Assembly: GCF_001194135.2 (NCBI RefSeq)
Contig: NC_068987.1
Location: 21,744,455-21,808,454, forward strand
Direction: 5' to 3'
DNA from: Octopus bimaculoides
Lineage: Eukaryota
Length of the DNA stretch: 64,000 nucleotides
Part shown: positions 1-11,073 of the stretch, piece after piece
Position numbering within the stretch: position 1 is the stretch's first letter
Layout: every line of letters begins with the position of its first letter
Position numbers and translations under genes: made by a program
Notes under the pieces: generated by a model
Seen by the model: the letters and a program-made list of their open reading frames with translations, nothing else
The model's database searches: none
What the model was told of the DNA's origin: nothing

Positions 1-669
1 TATGTATGTGTGTTTGTGTGTCTGTGTTTGTCCCCCCACCATCGCTTGACAACCGATGCTGGTGTGTTTACGTCCCCGTAACTTAGCGGTTCGGCAAAAA
101 GAGACCAATAGAATAAGTACTAGGCTTCCAAAAAATAAGTCCTGGGGTCGATTTGCTTGACTAAAGGCAGTGCTCCAGCATGGCCGCAGTCAAATGACTG
201 AAACAAGTAAAAGAGTATAAAAGAGTATTACAAATATTAGGAGGTGTTTGATTGGTAGAACTATTGGAGCGTCAAGAAAATTCTTTGCAGTATTTCTTCT
301 GGCTCTGTGTGATCTGGTTCCAAATACCTCAAGATCAACTTTACCATTCATTCTTATCTGGTCGATAAAATAAAGTACCAGTCAAGTACTGGGGTTGATT
401 AGATCAACTAACCTCCTCCTGCTAAACTTTCTGGCCTTGTATCAAAAATTGAAACGATTTAAAAGAAATTATTATTTTATTATATATTTTTTTCCCCATT
501 TCTTCATTCCTTTTCCAGTTTAATATCCCAGAAGTGTGCATGATGTGAAGATGTACATAAAAAATTTGTTTGTAAAATAAATTAATAAATTGAAATAAAC
601 TCCATTTTCTAAACCTTAATTAATATTTTTTTTTTTATTCATTTTTCTGTTCCAACAACCCTCATATCT

Positions 670-1060
670 ATATATTTCTGTTAGTACCTCACTACTGCTG
701 TCTTCTCCATTGTAGACCCAAGCAACTCAGCCAGTTCTCACGCGTTCTCGATCTCGCGACCCAAAGTCATGTACCATCTCCTGACGCAGGCTGTTATTTT
801 TTTTTTGATGTTATTTGATTTTTTTGTGTGTGTGTGAGTGGAGGGAGAGAAAAATATTTTCTTTCTTTTTTTTTTTCATCTCGCCATTCCACCGCCATCA
901 CCACAAACTTCTTGTGTGCTATTCCACTCCTTTCGGGGGTACTTTTTTTTTTTTTTTTGTTAAAAAAACTATAAAAAAAATAATATTCTTTGGATCATTT
1001 CGCTCCACTCCAATCTAGTTATTGCCATGGGGAGTTGATGGCGAACTGTTGAGCTCCTTG
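670..1060. promoter_or_regulatory. CpG-rich promoter or first-exon-like segment of a neighbouring gene
   Basis: CpG cluster cacgcgttctcgatctcgcgacc...ctgacgcag within otherwise very AT-rich sequence; includes TCTCGCGA (BANP/ZBTB33-type core); minus-strand ATGGAGAAGACAGCAGTAGTGAG|GTAC possible donor. Confidence 0.3.
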
Positions 1061-1635
1061 ATTTAAAAAAAAATATAAAAAAGATTAAGTAAAATAAAAT
1101 AAAGAATTAAAAAAATTAAAAAACAAAAGCAGTGCTATGACGGTTTAAAATTTTTTTTTTTAATTTAAATTATATTTCAGTTAATTACTTTCATTCCAAG
1201 ACAATTTACCATTCTTATGAAAATTAAGATGCAAAAAAAAATAACCAAAAAGAAAAAAACAAAAAATAAAAAAATCAACAACAACAATAACAAATACAAA
1301 ACCGTTTCCCTTTTTGTTTGTTTGTTTCTTTCTGTCTTTGTTTTCTTTCTTCCTTTCCTTGTTATTCTGTCATGGCTGCTGTGGCCCTGTGGAGTTGTAG
1401 TGTTGTGAATTATAAAAAAAAAAAAGTTAAATAATTTTACAAAGAGAAAAAGGAAAAAAAATTGAATTCCCTCCTCTGTGACCAAAACTGTATTGAAATG
1501 ATTTTTCTTTTCTCCAAATTATATTTCAAATTAGAGCTACTACACTCACAGCACTGATGCCCTCTCCTTCAGAAAAACAATATATGTACCACAGGGACAT
1601 CCTTGTTCTTATTACTATTATTAGCGTTTCCTTTA

Positions 1636-3350
1636 AGGTGCTGAGCTGGCAGAATTGTTAGCACTCCAGACAAAATGCTCAGCGGCATTTTGTCCATCTT
1701 CAGTTCTGAGTTCAAATTCTGCCGAGGTCAACTTTGCCTTTCATCGTTTCAGGTTCAATAAAATAAGTACCAGTTGAGTACTGGAGTCGATGCAATTGAC
1801 TTATACTCCTCCCTGAAATTGCTGGCCTTGTGCCAAAATTTGAAATCATTATTACTATTCCTTTCTCTTATGATAGATACTTAGTGTTTTCATTACTATA
1901 GTTATAATAATTATTATCATTATTGATAAAGTGGTGTAAGGCGGTGAACTGGTAGAATTGTTAGCGCACTGGGTGAAATGCTCAGCAGCGGTTCGTCTGC
2001 CTTCATGTTCTAAGTTCAAATGCCAGTGGGGTAGACTGTGCCTTTCATCCTTTCGGAGTCTATAAATTAGAGCTACTACATTCACGGTACTGATGCTCTC
2101 TCCTTCAGAAAAACAAGATATGTACCACAAAGACTTCCTTGTTCTTATAACTGTTATTACTATTCCCTTTAAGGCAGCGAGCTAGCAGAACCATTAGCAT
2201 GCCAGGGTCAAAGTAATTGACTTACCCAATCCCCCCAAATTTCAGGCCTTGTGCCTATGGTAGAAAGGATTATTACTAAAGTGGTGCAAGTAGTTAGTTG
2301 GCAGAATCATTACTGTGCCAGACAAAATGCATTGCAAATTTCCTTCTGACTCTTTATGTTCTGTGTTCAAATTCTGCCAAATTCAACTTTGCCTTTCTTC
2401 CTTTCAGGACCAACAAAATAAAGTACAAGACAAATACTGGGGTTGATATAATTCATTGAGCCCCTATTCCTAAAATTACTTGCCTTGTGCAATAAATTGA
2501 AACAGTTATTACTAAAGGGCAAACTGGCAGAAATTTTAAGGCATTGGACAAAATGCTTAATGGCTTAACTTCTGACTTTCAAATTCTTCCAAGGTCAAAT
2601 TTGCCCTTCATCCTTTCGGAGTTGATAAAATAAAGTACTAGTTAAGCACTGAGGTCATGTAATTGATTTTTCCCTCCCACTCAAATTTGCTGACCTTGTG
2701 CCAAAATTAAAATTATTATTATTACTTAGGTGAGGCAGCAAACTGGCAGAACTGTTAGCATGCCAAGCAAAATGCTTAGCAGCATTTTGTCCGTCTTTAC
2801 ATTCTGAGTTCAAATTCTGCCGAGGTTGACTTTGACTTTCATCCTTTCGGTATCAATGAAGTAAGTACTAATTCTGCACTGGAGTCGATGTAATCGACTA
2901 TCTCCTTCCCCCCAAATTTCAGGCCTTGTTCTTTTAGCAGAAAGGATTGTTATAACTTAGGTGGTGAGTTTGCAGGATCATTGGCTTATTAGACAAAGTG
3001 CTTAGCAGCATTTCTGCTAGTTCTTTACATTCTGAATTCAGATTCTACTGAAGTTAACTTTGCCTTTCATCCTTTCAGAGTTAATAAAATACATTCCAAA
3101 GACCCTTCCACTAAAATTTCTAACCTTGTGCCAAAATTTGAACACTTCATTATTATCATCATTATTATTATTACTACTGTTACTACTATATTATTATTAT
3201 TATTACTAATATTATTATTAACTACTATAATTTCAAAAACTGCTGAGGCTAACCTTGCCTTTCATTCTTTCAAGGTCAACTTAATTGACTTACCCTGTCC
3301 CCTAAAATTACTGGCCTCAACCAAAAGTTGAAACCATTACTACTACTATA
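1636..3350 (+). mobile_element. Head-to-tail array of family C SINEs (Meta-domain-like, (ATT)n tail)
   Basis: About 7-8 copies of aagg.gg.gagctggcagaatcgttagc...gcctttcatcctttcgg.gtcgataaaataagtacc...ccttgtgcc...attattatt at about 1636, 1930, 2172, 2277, 2515, 2730, 2958 and 3240. Confidence 0.85.
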
Positions 3351-5999
3351 ATTATCATTTAACTGAATTATACGAATTTTTATTTATTTTCTTCTTGTTT
3401 CTATTCTATTTAACAACAAAAAGAAAAAAAATAACACTGAACTAAAAATTTTCTTTTTCTTTGCCTATTTTTAATTACAAAAATTAAAATTTATCTAAAT
3501 ACTTTTACTTTTTTTTACTTTTTCTTTTTTCTTTTCACTAAACTTTTTAAAAAAAGATATTCTAGAAAGAATGACAAAATTCATTTTCCAGTACCCACAA
3601 AAATAAAGAAGTTAAATATGTACAGCGTGTGGTAGTGTGTTGGGCCGATAACCTAGATGTCTGTAGGTTGAAACTATGTCCTACTAATTAGTCTTTTTAA
3701 GGCACAAGCGTAGTTGTGTGGTTAAGAAGCTCACGTTGCAATCACATGGTTTTGGGGTTCAGTCCCACTGCATGGAACCTCATGCAAGTGTCTTTTGCTA
3801 TGACTCCCAGACCAACTAATGCTTTGTGAGTAAATTAGATTGACAAAAACTGTAGAAACCTGTGTGTATGTATACATGTGTGTGTTTGTCTCCCATCACC
3901 ACTTGACAACTGGTGTTGCTATGCTTATATCTCTGTAACTCGGTGGTTCAGTAAAAGAAATAGCTAGAATAAGTACCGAACTTTAAAAAAATAAGTACTG
4001 GTGTTGATTTGTTTGACTAAACCCTTGAAAATTGTGTGCCAGTATGGCTGCAGCCAATGACTAGTACAAGTAAAAGACAAAAGATAGAGTGAACACATTC
4101 ATCCCTTTTGATGTCTTAATTATACGGAATTTAATTTTTGAAAATAATGAAGAATTTGAAGAGTTAATAAAATAATTAAGTTTGTCATTATTAAGCTGCT
4201 GTTTAGAATGTATTAAAAGGCGGCGAGCTGGCAGAATCGTTAGCATGCCGGGCGAAATGTTTAGCGTGCTTAGCGGTATTTCGTCTGTCTTTATATTCTG
4301 AGTTCAAATTCTGCTGAGGTCGACTTTGCCTTTAAAGTGGAGGCCCAATGGTTAGGGCAGCGGACTCGCGGTCATAGGATCGCGGTTTCGATTCCCAGAC
4401 CGGGCGTTGTGAGTGCTTATTGAGCGAAAACGCCTAAAGCTCCACGAGGCTCCGGCAGGGGATGGTGGCGAACCCTGCTGTACTCTTTCACCACAACTTT
4501 CTTTCACTCTTTCTTCCTGTTTCTGTCGTACCTGTNNNNNNNNNNNNNNNNNNNNNNNNNNNNNNNNNNNNNNNNNNNNNNNNNNNNNNNNNNNNNNNNN
4601 NNNNNNNNNNNNNNNNNNNNNNNNNNNNNNNNNNNNNNNNNNNNNNNNNNNNNNNNNNNNNNNNNNNNNNNNNNNNNNNNNNNNNNNNNNNNNNNNNNNN
4701 NNNNNNNNNNNNNNNNNNNNNNNNNNNNNNNNNNNNNNNNNNNNNNNNNNNNNNNNNNNNNNNNNNNNNNNNNNNNNNNNNNNNNNNNNNNNNNNNNNNN
4801 NNNNNNNNNNNNNNNNNNNNNNNNNNNNNNNNNNNNNNNNNNNNNNNNNNNNNNNNNNNNNNNNNNNNNNNNNNNNNNNNNNNNNNNNNNNNNNNNNNNN
4901 NNNNNNNNNNNNNNNNNNNNNNNNNNNNNNNNNNNNNNNNNNNNNNNNNNNNNNNNNNNNNNNNNNNNNNNNNNNNNNNNNNNNNNNNNNNNNNNNNNNN
5001 NNNNNNNNNNNNNNNNNNNNNNNNNNNNNNNNNNNNNNNNNNNNNNNNNNNNNNNNNNNNNNNNNNNNNNNNNNNNNNNNNNNNNNNNNNNNNNNNNNNN
5101 NNNNNNNNNNNNNNNNNNNNNNNNNNNNNNNNNNNNNNNNNNNNNNNNNNNNNNNNNNNNNNNNNNNNNNNNNNNNNNNNNNNNNNNNNNNNNNNNNNNN
5201 NNNNNNNNNNNNNNNNNNNNNNNNNNNNNNNNNATGTGTGTGTGTGTGTGTGTGTGTAGAGCGAGAGAGAGAGAACTCAAGCGCACAACTCGTTAGGGTA
5301 AATGAGGGAAAATTACTATTCGTAAATCTCACAACGAGAGATATTCAGCAACAGTACTTTGGGGTAAAGATTGTTTGCCAACATAACATAGCAGTCCTGG
5401 TTTAGGATGAATGTTGCCGTAACTTAGCCCCAGGAGACATCGTCGCCAGCTGGCTGTACGACACGATCTGTGTCCTTATATTTTCGAACAAGGGAATCTA
5501 GCACCCCCAACTCAGCTCAAAACAATATCTGCGTATCGCGATTTCCGGGTTATTTCCCTTCATCAGCACAGAAATTGACTTTCGGGTCTGATGTGGGCCC
5601 CATAGGGCAGGAGGTGGGGTTTGATACCCTGCCTCCAGTCATTGAATACAGAGAGGTGAAAGCACTAAAAGTGACAGCTATTTTAAAGTAAAACATTTTT
5701 AGATAAACTATGAAAGAAAAAAAAAAGGATTAAAAAAGTGTATTAAATGTAACTACTCGAGTACAGGGTTTGAATAGCCATCGTATCCCCACATCCATAT
5801 AATATCTATTTCTTTATTGCTCACAGGGGGCTAAACAGAGGGGACAAACAAGGACAGACAAGGGGATTAAGTTGATTACATCAACCCAGTGATTAACTGG
5901 TACTTATTTAATCGACCCCGAAATGATGAAAGGCATTGTCCCCTCTGTATTTCGCCCCTTGTGGGTAATAAAGAATTAAGAGATTGTCGTGTTTTTACT

Positions 6000-6830
6000 G
6001 GTTTTACTTAGTATACTGTATACCGAAATGGGCGTTATAACAATCCAACATATTAAGGATTATCACTGGCGATGAGGATTTTAGCAACTCAGGAGAAGTT
6101 AACAAACTCACAAAAGTTTTTGTTGTGCGAATTTCACGGAAAAAAAAAGAATCGTAGAATTATGGAAAATTTGTTGGCCGGTTTGCTCGAGTTGCAAAAA
6201 TAGCAACAACAGCAGCAGCAGCTACAACTGTAAGAACAACAGCTGAAGCAACAACAACAAATGCTGCAATTAATGAAGTCGTCAGGGAATATAGAAAAAG
6301 GATTCTTGCCAGACTATGTCGCGAACTCCATAACAGAGTTCAAATTCGAACCTGACGAAGGAGTTACCTTCGGAGCATACTACAGAAGATATGAGAAAAT
6401 CTTCGAGAAAGAATGTAAAGATTGAAACGACGAGACGAAAACGCGCTTAATGTTCGGAAAACTGGCGGCAACAAAACACGAACGGTACAGTAATTATGTA
6501 CTCCCAAGAAAACCTTCGGACGTAAACTGTCATGACACAACAGATGTATTGTGTAAAATCTTCAGTGAAAAAAGCGTTGTTCAACACACGTTGGAAGCGT
6601 CTGAACAAAGAGAAAAACAACGACGCGAACTACAACACATATGCTGGTAGAGTAAACAGGGAATACGAGAAGTTTAAGATGGACGAATTAACGCCAGGTA
6701 TGTTCAAAATGCATGATTTTTACACAGGAACTTACTGCCAAAAAGGACGCAGAAGTTAGAACTAGAATTCTCACAAAACTGGAACAAGACCAGGATCTAA
6801 CCCTACAAGCGTCAGAAGAAATATGAAATA
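6000..6830 (+). mobile_element. Decayed Ty3/Gypsy (Mag-like) LTR retrotransposon 5' end: LTR end, PBS and gag pseudogene
   Basis: ...TATCA then PBS TGGCGATGAGGAT at 6067, complementary to the tRNA-Ser(GCU) 3' end with one CpG>TpG change. ATG at 6162 opens a Q-rich N-terminus followed by SITEFKFEPDEGVTFGAYYRRYE..KHERYSNYVLPRKP..LFNTRW..YAGRVNREYEKFK..DAEVRTRILTKLEQ, with stops and two frameshifts. Confidence 0.88.
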
Positions 6831-7953
6831 AGGTTTGATAAAACAATTAGTTAAAGCTTCAGATAAAGTAGGTGGCACAATGTTTTGTTCTTTTTGTTTG
6901 GTATTTAAACTTTGTTGTTCAGTGTTCAAGGATCGTGAGTTCGATAAAGGATTTGCATCTGTGGAGAACACTCAAAAGTAGAAAGTACTTGAGTCTGCCT
7001 AGAAATTACGGACATTTTAAGTCTTTTTAGCCATTCGAACGCCTTCATTTAGCAGCAAATCGACTGTGCTGATCTCGACACAAACCTTTACATGCTTTCT
7101 AGATCTGCTAGAAATAGCGGCTAAATCTTCGGTAAATTTTTAGAGTTACACCCGCACGATTTTCAATAAAAAAAAAAGAAAAAAGAACTCGGATTTTTTT
7201 GGCGTGGAATCAAGTACCTTGACCTAATATGCTGCAAATCCCTTATTTTGGTTCGGGAAGAGGGGGGACCCCCATCCCGGAATCATTGGCAATTTTATTT
7301 TTTTCGTTGAATGAATTCCTGAGTTTTGTAGCATAGTTTTGTCACAAGAATTCNNNNNNNNNNNNNNNNNNNNNNNNNNNNNNNNNNNNNNNNNNNNNNN
7401 NNNNNNNNNNNNNNNNNNNNNNNNNNNNNNNNNNNNNNNNNNNNNNNNNNNNNNNNNNNNNNNNNNNNNNNNNNNNNNNNNNNNNNNNNNNNNNNNNNNN
7501 NNNNNNNNNNNNNNNNNNNNNNNNNNNNNNNNNNNNNNNNNNNNNNNNNNNNNNNNNNNNNNNNNNNNNNNNNNNNNNNNNNNNNNNNNNNNNNNNNNNN
7601 NNNNNNNNNNNNNNNNNNNNNNNNNNNNNNNNNNNNNNNNNNNNNNNNNNNNNNNNNNNNNNNNNNNNNNNNNNNNNNNNNNNNNNNNNNNNNNNNNNNN
7701 NNNNNNNNNNNNNNNNNNNNNNNNNCTGTATTTCATCATCTGTATGCAAAACTATGTCAGAACTATATTTTTTGTGAAAATAATCAGTAAAAAATTTGAA
7801 AAACTTGTATTGGAAGAAATTCAACAAAATCAGCTATCGAAAATTAGATAATATAGATTCCTTCCGTAAGAAAAAGGGAAATCCTTAATTTAAAAAAAAA
7901 AAAAAATCAAAATGCAATTAAGTGTAATAAATAGGTATAAAGAGAAAGTCACG

Positions 7954-8237
7954 TATTAAAGTTATTTCTACAGATTTCCTACAGAAATTAGAGCCAGCAC
8001 TGTAAGTTATGATGCTTCGTATACTAATGCATCTATGTAAACAATTCGATCGAAGACAGAAAGATAGATAATGGGTGTATATGCATATTTCAGGAGTCCT
8101 TGCGGATCTTTCTTCAACACAACATCCAACTCATTAATCATCCATGAACACATTGCTTAAAAGCTATCAAATATAACAGTGTAACTTCCAGTACTGCTTC
8201 TAATTTTTATAGAAAATCTGTAGAAATAACTTTAATA
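7954..8237. mobile_element. MITE-like element with 56-bp imperfect TIRs
   Basis: 7954-8009 (tattaaagttatttctacagatttcctacagaaattagagccagcactgtaagtta) is inverted at 8182-8237; TA at both outer edges. Confidence 0.65.
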
Positions 8238-8799
8238 AAGTAATTTAACAGCACTGCTGATACCGTTTATTGACTTATAATATAACTTTAATGTACTTGG
8301 TAGTATGTTATGGTCGTATAACGAAATAGGGTGTCCCTACCAGCAATTAATAAAAGATAAAGTGTAAGAAGCGAAACTGAGAGGTAAGTTGAGGAATAAG
8401 TGCCGGTAATTCTGCCGTGGACATTAGTATAAAGTTCTTAGACAAGGGACGTTACTCTATTTGACTATGCGTAAATCACTTCCTTTCGCTTCGTTTTTGT
8501 AGTCGTTATCGTAATGTTTACATGGTCGTTTAATAATTAGAGGAGCCAGTTGACAGTCAGGTGGCATTATATGATATAAAAAATATATATTCAAGTCTAT
8601 ACTTGTTTCAGTCTTCTAATATAATTTCATATTTGGTGTGCTTTACAGGAATATTATATAAATCTCTGGAGGGTTGGTAAAGTTGACTTCGTCTGAAACG
8701 TAAAGGGCCGTAGCTTAAATATCGCAAGCATTTTGTCCAATGCTCTATAGATTTTATCCCCGTTTTCCCCTTTAATATACGTTAGAGAGGGAACAGGCA

Positions 8800-9560
8800 C
8801 TCAAGTATCCACAGTCCTGGAAGGAACTCTGGAGTATTGACCATGAAAGATTGTCCTTCACTTTCGTGTTGTCACTGAGTTCTTGAGAACCCCAAATAAG
8901 CTTAAAATATGGGGCGAAAAAAGTGACCCTTTCTGCAAGTAGTATGAAGTAACTCTTTGCACCCTGGACCACATTTTGATTTGATGCCCTAGGGCACTAG
9001 GAGAAGGCCAATATAAGTGGAGACATGACAAGGTACTTGCAGAAATCACCAAACGGACTGATCTGCAAAGGGTGAAGGTTAATAAACATCAGAGGGTATA
9101 AAATTCCTAAAGGAAGGCAACAAAACTTCCACGGTAAAAGCAATGGTAAGGGGACGAAGGTCAGACTTGTCTTCCCAGAGGAGATAGCAGTAACATCACT
9201 CCAACCAAACATGCTCCTGCTCTTCAGGAATACAAAAACTATCATTGTGGTCAAGCTCACAGTGCCTTGGAAGGACAGTCAATATTTCCCACCAGGTAAA
9301 GAAAACAAAATATCAGGACTTAGTTCGAAATGCCTTTGTCAAGGGGTGGCATGCAGCCTCATTTCCCATTGAATCTAGCTGCTGCAGTTTCCCAGCTAGA
9401 TGAGTGCACTGTTGTCTTGAACCCAGACAACTGAAAAGAATTTATCAAGAAGGAAAGCATGGCAGCTGAAATTAGCTCCACTCAGATGAAGCATACAAAA
9501 CGCTTGTGACCGTGAGATACCTGCTGATGATATGGAAGGCTTTTCAGTATTATGATGGAT
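8800..9560 (+). mobile_element. RLE-type non-LTR retrotransposon remnant (HERO/NeSL-like, R2 superfamily), C-terminal Zn knuckle and restriction-like endonuclease
   Basis: Translates to LRTPNKLKIWGEKSDPFCK*..CTLDHILI*CPRALGEGQYKWRHDKVL and FPEEIAVTSLQPNMLLLFRNTKTIIVVKLTVPWKD..KKTKYQDL. The PD..E catalytic motif has decayed to PN..K. Confidence 0.85.
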
Positions 9561-10983
9561 TTAGAAGAGATTTCAAAATCTCTGAATAGCTCCTACAATT
9601 GCAATGTGAGGCAAAGCATCTCTGATGTTTATCTCACATATATATATATATATATATATATATGCATGTATGTACTTGCAGACATGGCTATGCAGTTAAG
9701 TTTGCTTCTCACCACATGTCTTTTGCATTCATTTCCACTGCATAATACCTTGACCATGAGGTTTCTATTATAGCTTTGACCAAAGTCTTGAGTGAATTTG
9801 ATACACAGAAGCTGCAATAATCTCATTTTACACACATACACATGAGCATCTGTATTTATTTACATATGTGCTTCTCTGAAACTTGCCCTGTTGTGTGTGG
9901 TGATGTTATTATTTCCACTGTCAGTGAGTCTTCTGTTAGCTTTGTACCTTTGATTACATGTAGAATAAACTATATCTTAAAAAATAGAAAGGGTGAGTAA
10001 CAAAAAAGTTATTCAGTTTTAAAATAATGTCTCAGTAATATATGTTCATCTAACTCATGCTAGCATGGAAAAACAGATGTAAAAGCAACCAAACATATAT
10101 AAAGTAAATGTCTGAAGAAACACACATTTTCTCCAAGTCATCTCGCATTGAACATTCTCATGATAAAAGATGTTTCAAGCATGACCATCCTGTTCTTTAC
10201 TCAAAGACCACTCTTTTTAAGATGGTAGAATGTGATTTGAGGAAAATTTTGTTGCTATATATAGCAGATTGAATGAATACAAAGAGGCTCTTTGAACTTG
10301 TGATGATATGTAAAGGTGTATGTTGTCATTGAACAGGATTAGCTGTTCCAGGCTGCAAGCTCCAATTTTTTTTCCCACAATCACATTAATCATGCTGACC
10401 TTCCTTTTTAAAGAGAATAAGATGTGCTTTGGGGAGACTTGGCTGTTATTTCCAGTAGGCTGTATGACCATGTAGAGGCTCCTTTGTTGGTTGGTTCATC
10501 ACATTTTGGCACAATGCCAACAATTTTGGGGAGGGGCTAAGTCAAATCAACTGGTACTTATTTTATTGACCTCAAAAGGATGAAAGGCAAAGTTGACCCT
10601 GGTGACATTTGAACCTAGAATGTAAATACAGACAAAATACAGCTAAGCATTTTTCCTGACATGCTAATGATTCTCCCAGCTCACCACCTTATGTTTGGGT
10701 GTAATACTGGGTGTATGAGAGCTTAGTTGTGGAATATACATAAATTTAATTGGTCTTAATGATTAATAATTTAACACTGTCCAAACCACAGATGCATATA
10801 AGTATCTCTAGGATTTCACAACATAGCAAACAGGTCACATACGAGTATCTCTGGTTTTTTTATGACTGTTTGTGAGAAACACATGCACCAATGGTATTTC
10901 ATAGATAATAGATGCTTGCATGTGGTTTGGATAATTTTAATAAATCAAAGATAAATTATTTATTTTGTTTTCTTTTTTAACAG

Positions 10984-11073
10984 ATTTTTCATAAAGCTGG
11001 AAGATTTTCAAATGATTTAAAAAAAATAAAAGAAAATTTATCAAAGTTGAAAAAGTTCTTTCTAGAAACCTAA
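10984..11073 (+). CDS. Possible terminal exon of an unidentified plus-strand gene
   Basis: Strong pyrimidine tract and acceptor (ttttgttttcttttttaacag) followed by 29 open codons IFHKAGRFSNDLKKIKENLSKLKKFFLET*. No recognised homology. Confidence 0.2.
   Translation: MFHKAGRFSNDLKKIKENLSKLKKFFLET

Noticed and set aside
1636-3350. Regularly repeated units as a possible CRISPR array
   Set aside because: Eukaryotic context; units are about 200-bp diverged SINEs with no constant short repeat or unique spacers, and there are no cas genes.
4337-4410. tRNA-like sequences at SINE heads (also 44425, 51248, 58366)
   Set aside because: A and B boxes are present, but there is no acceptor-stem pairing and each continues into a SINE body; not tRNA genes.
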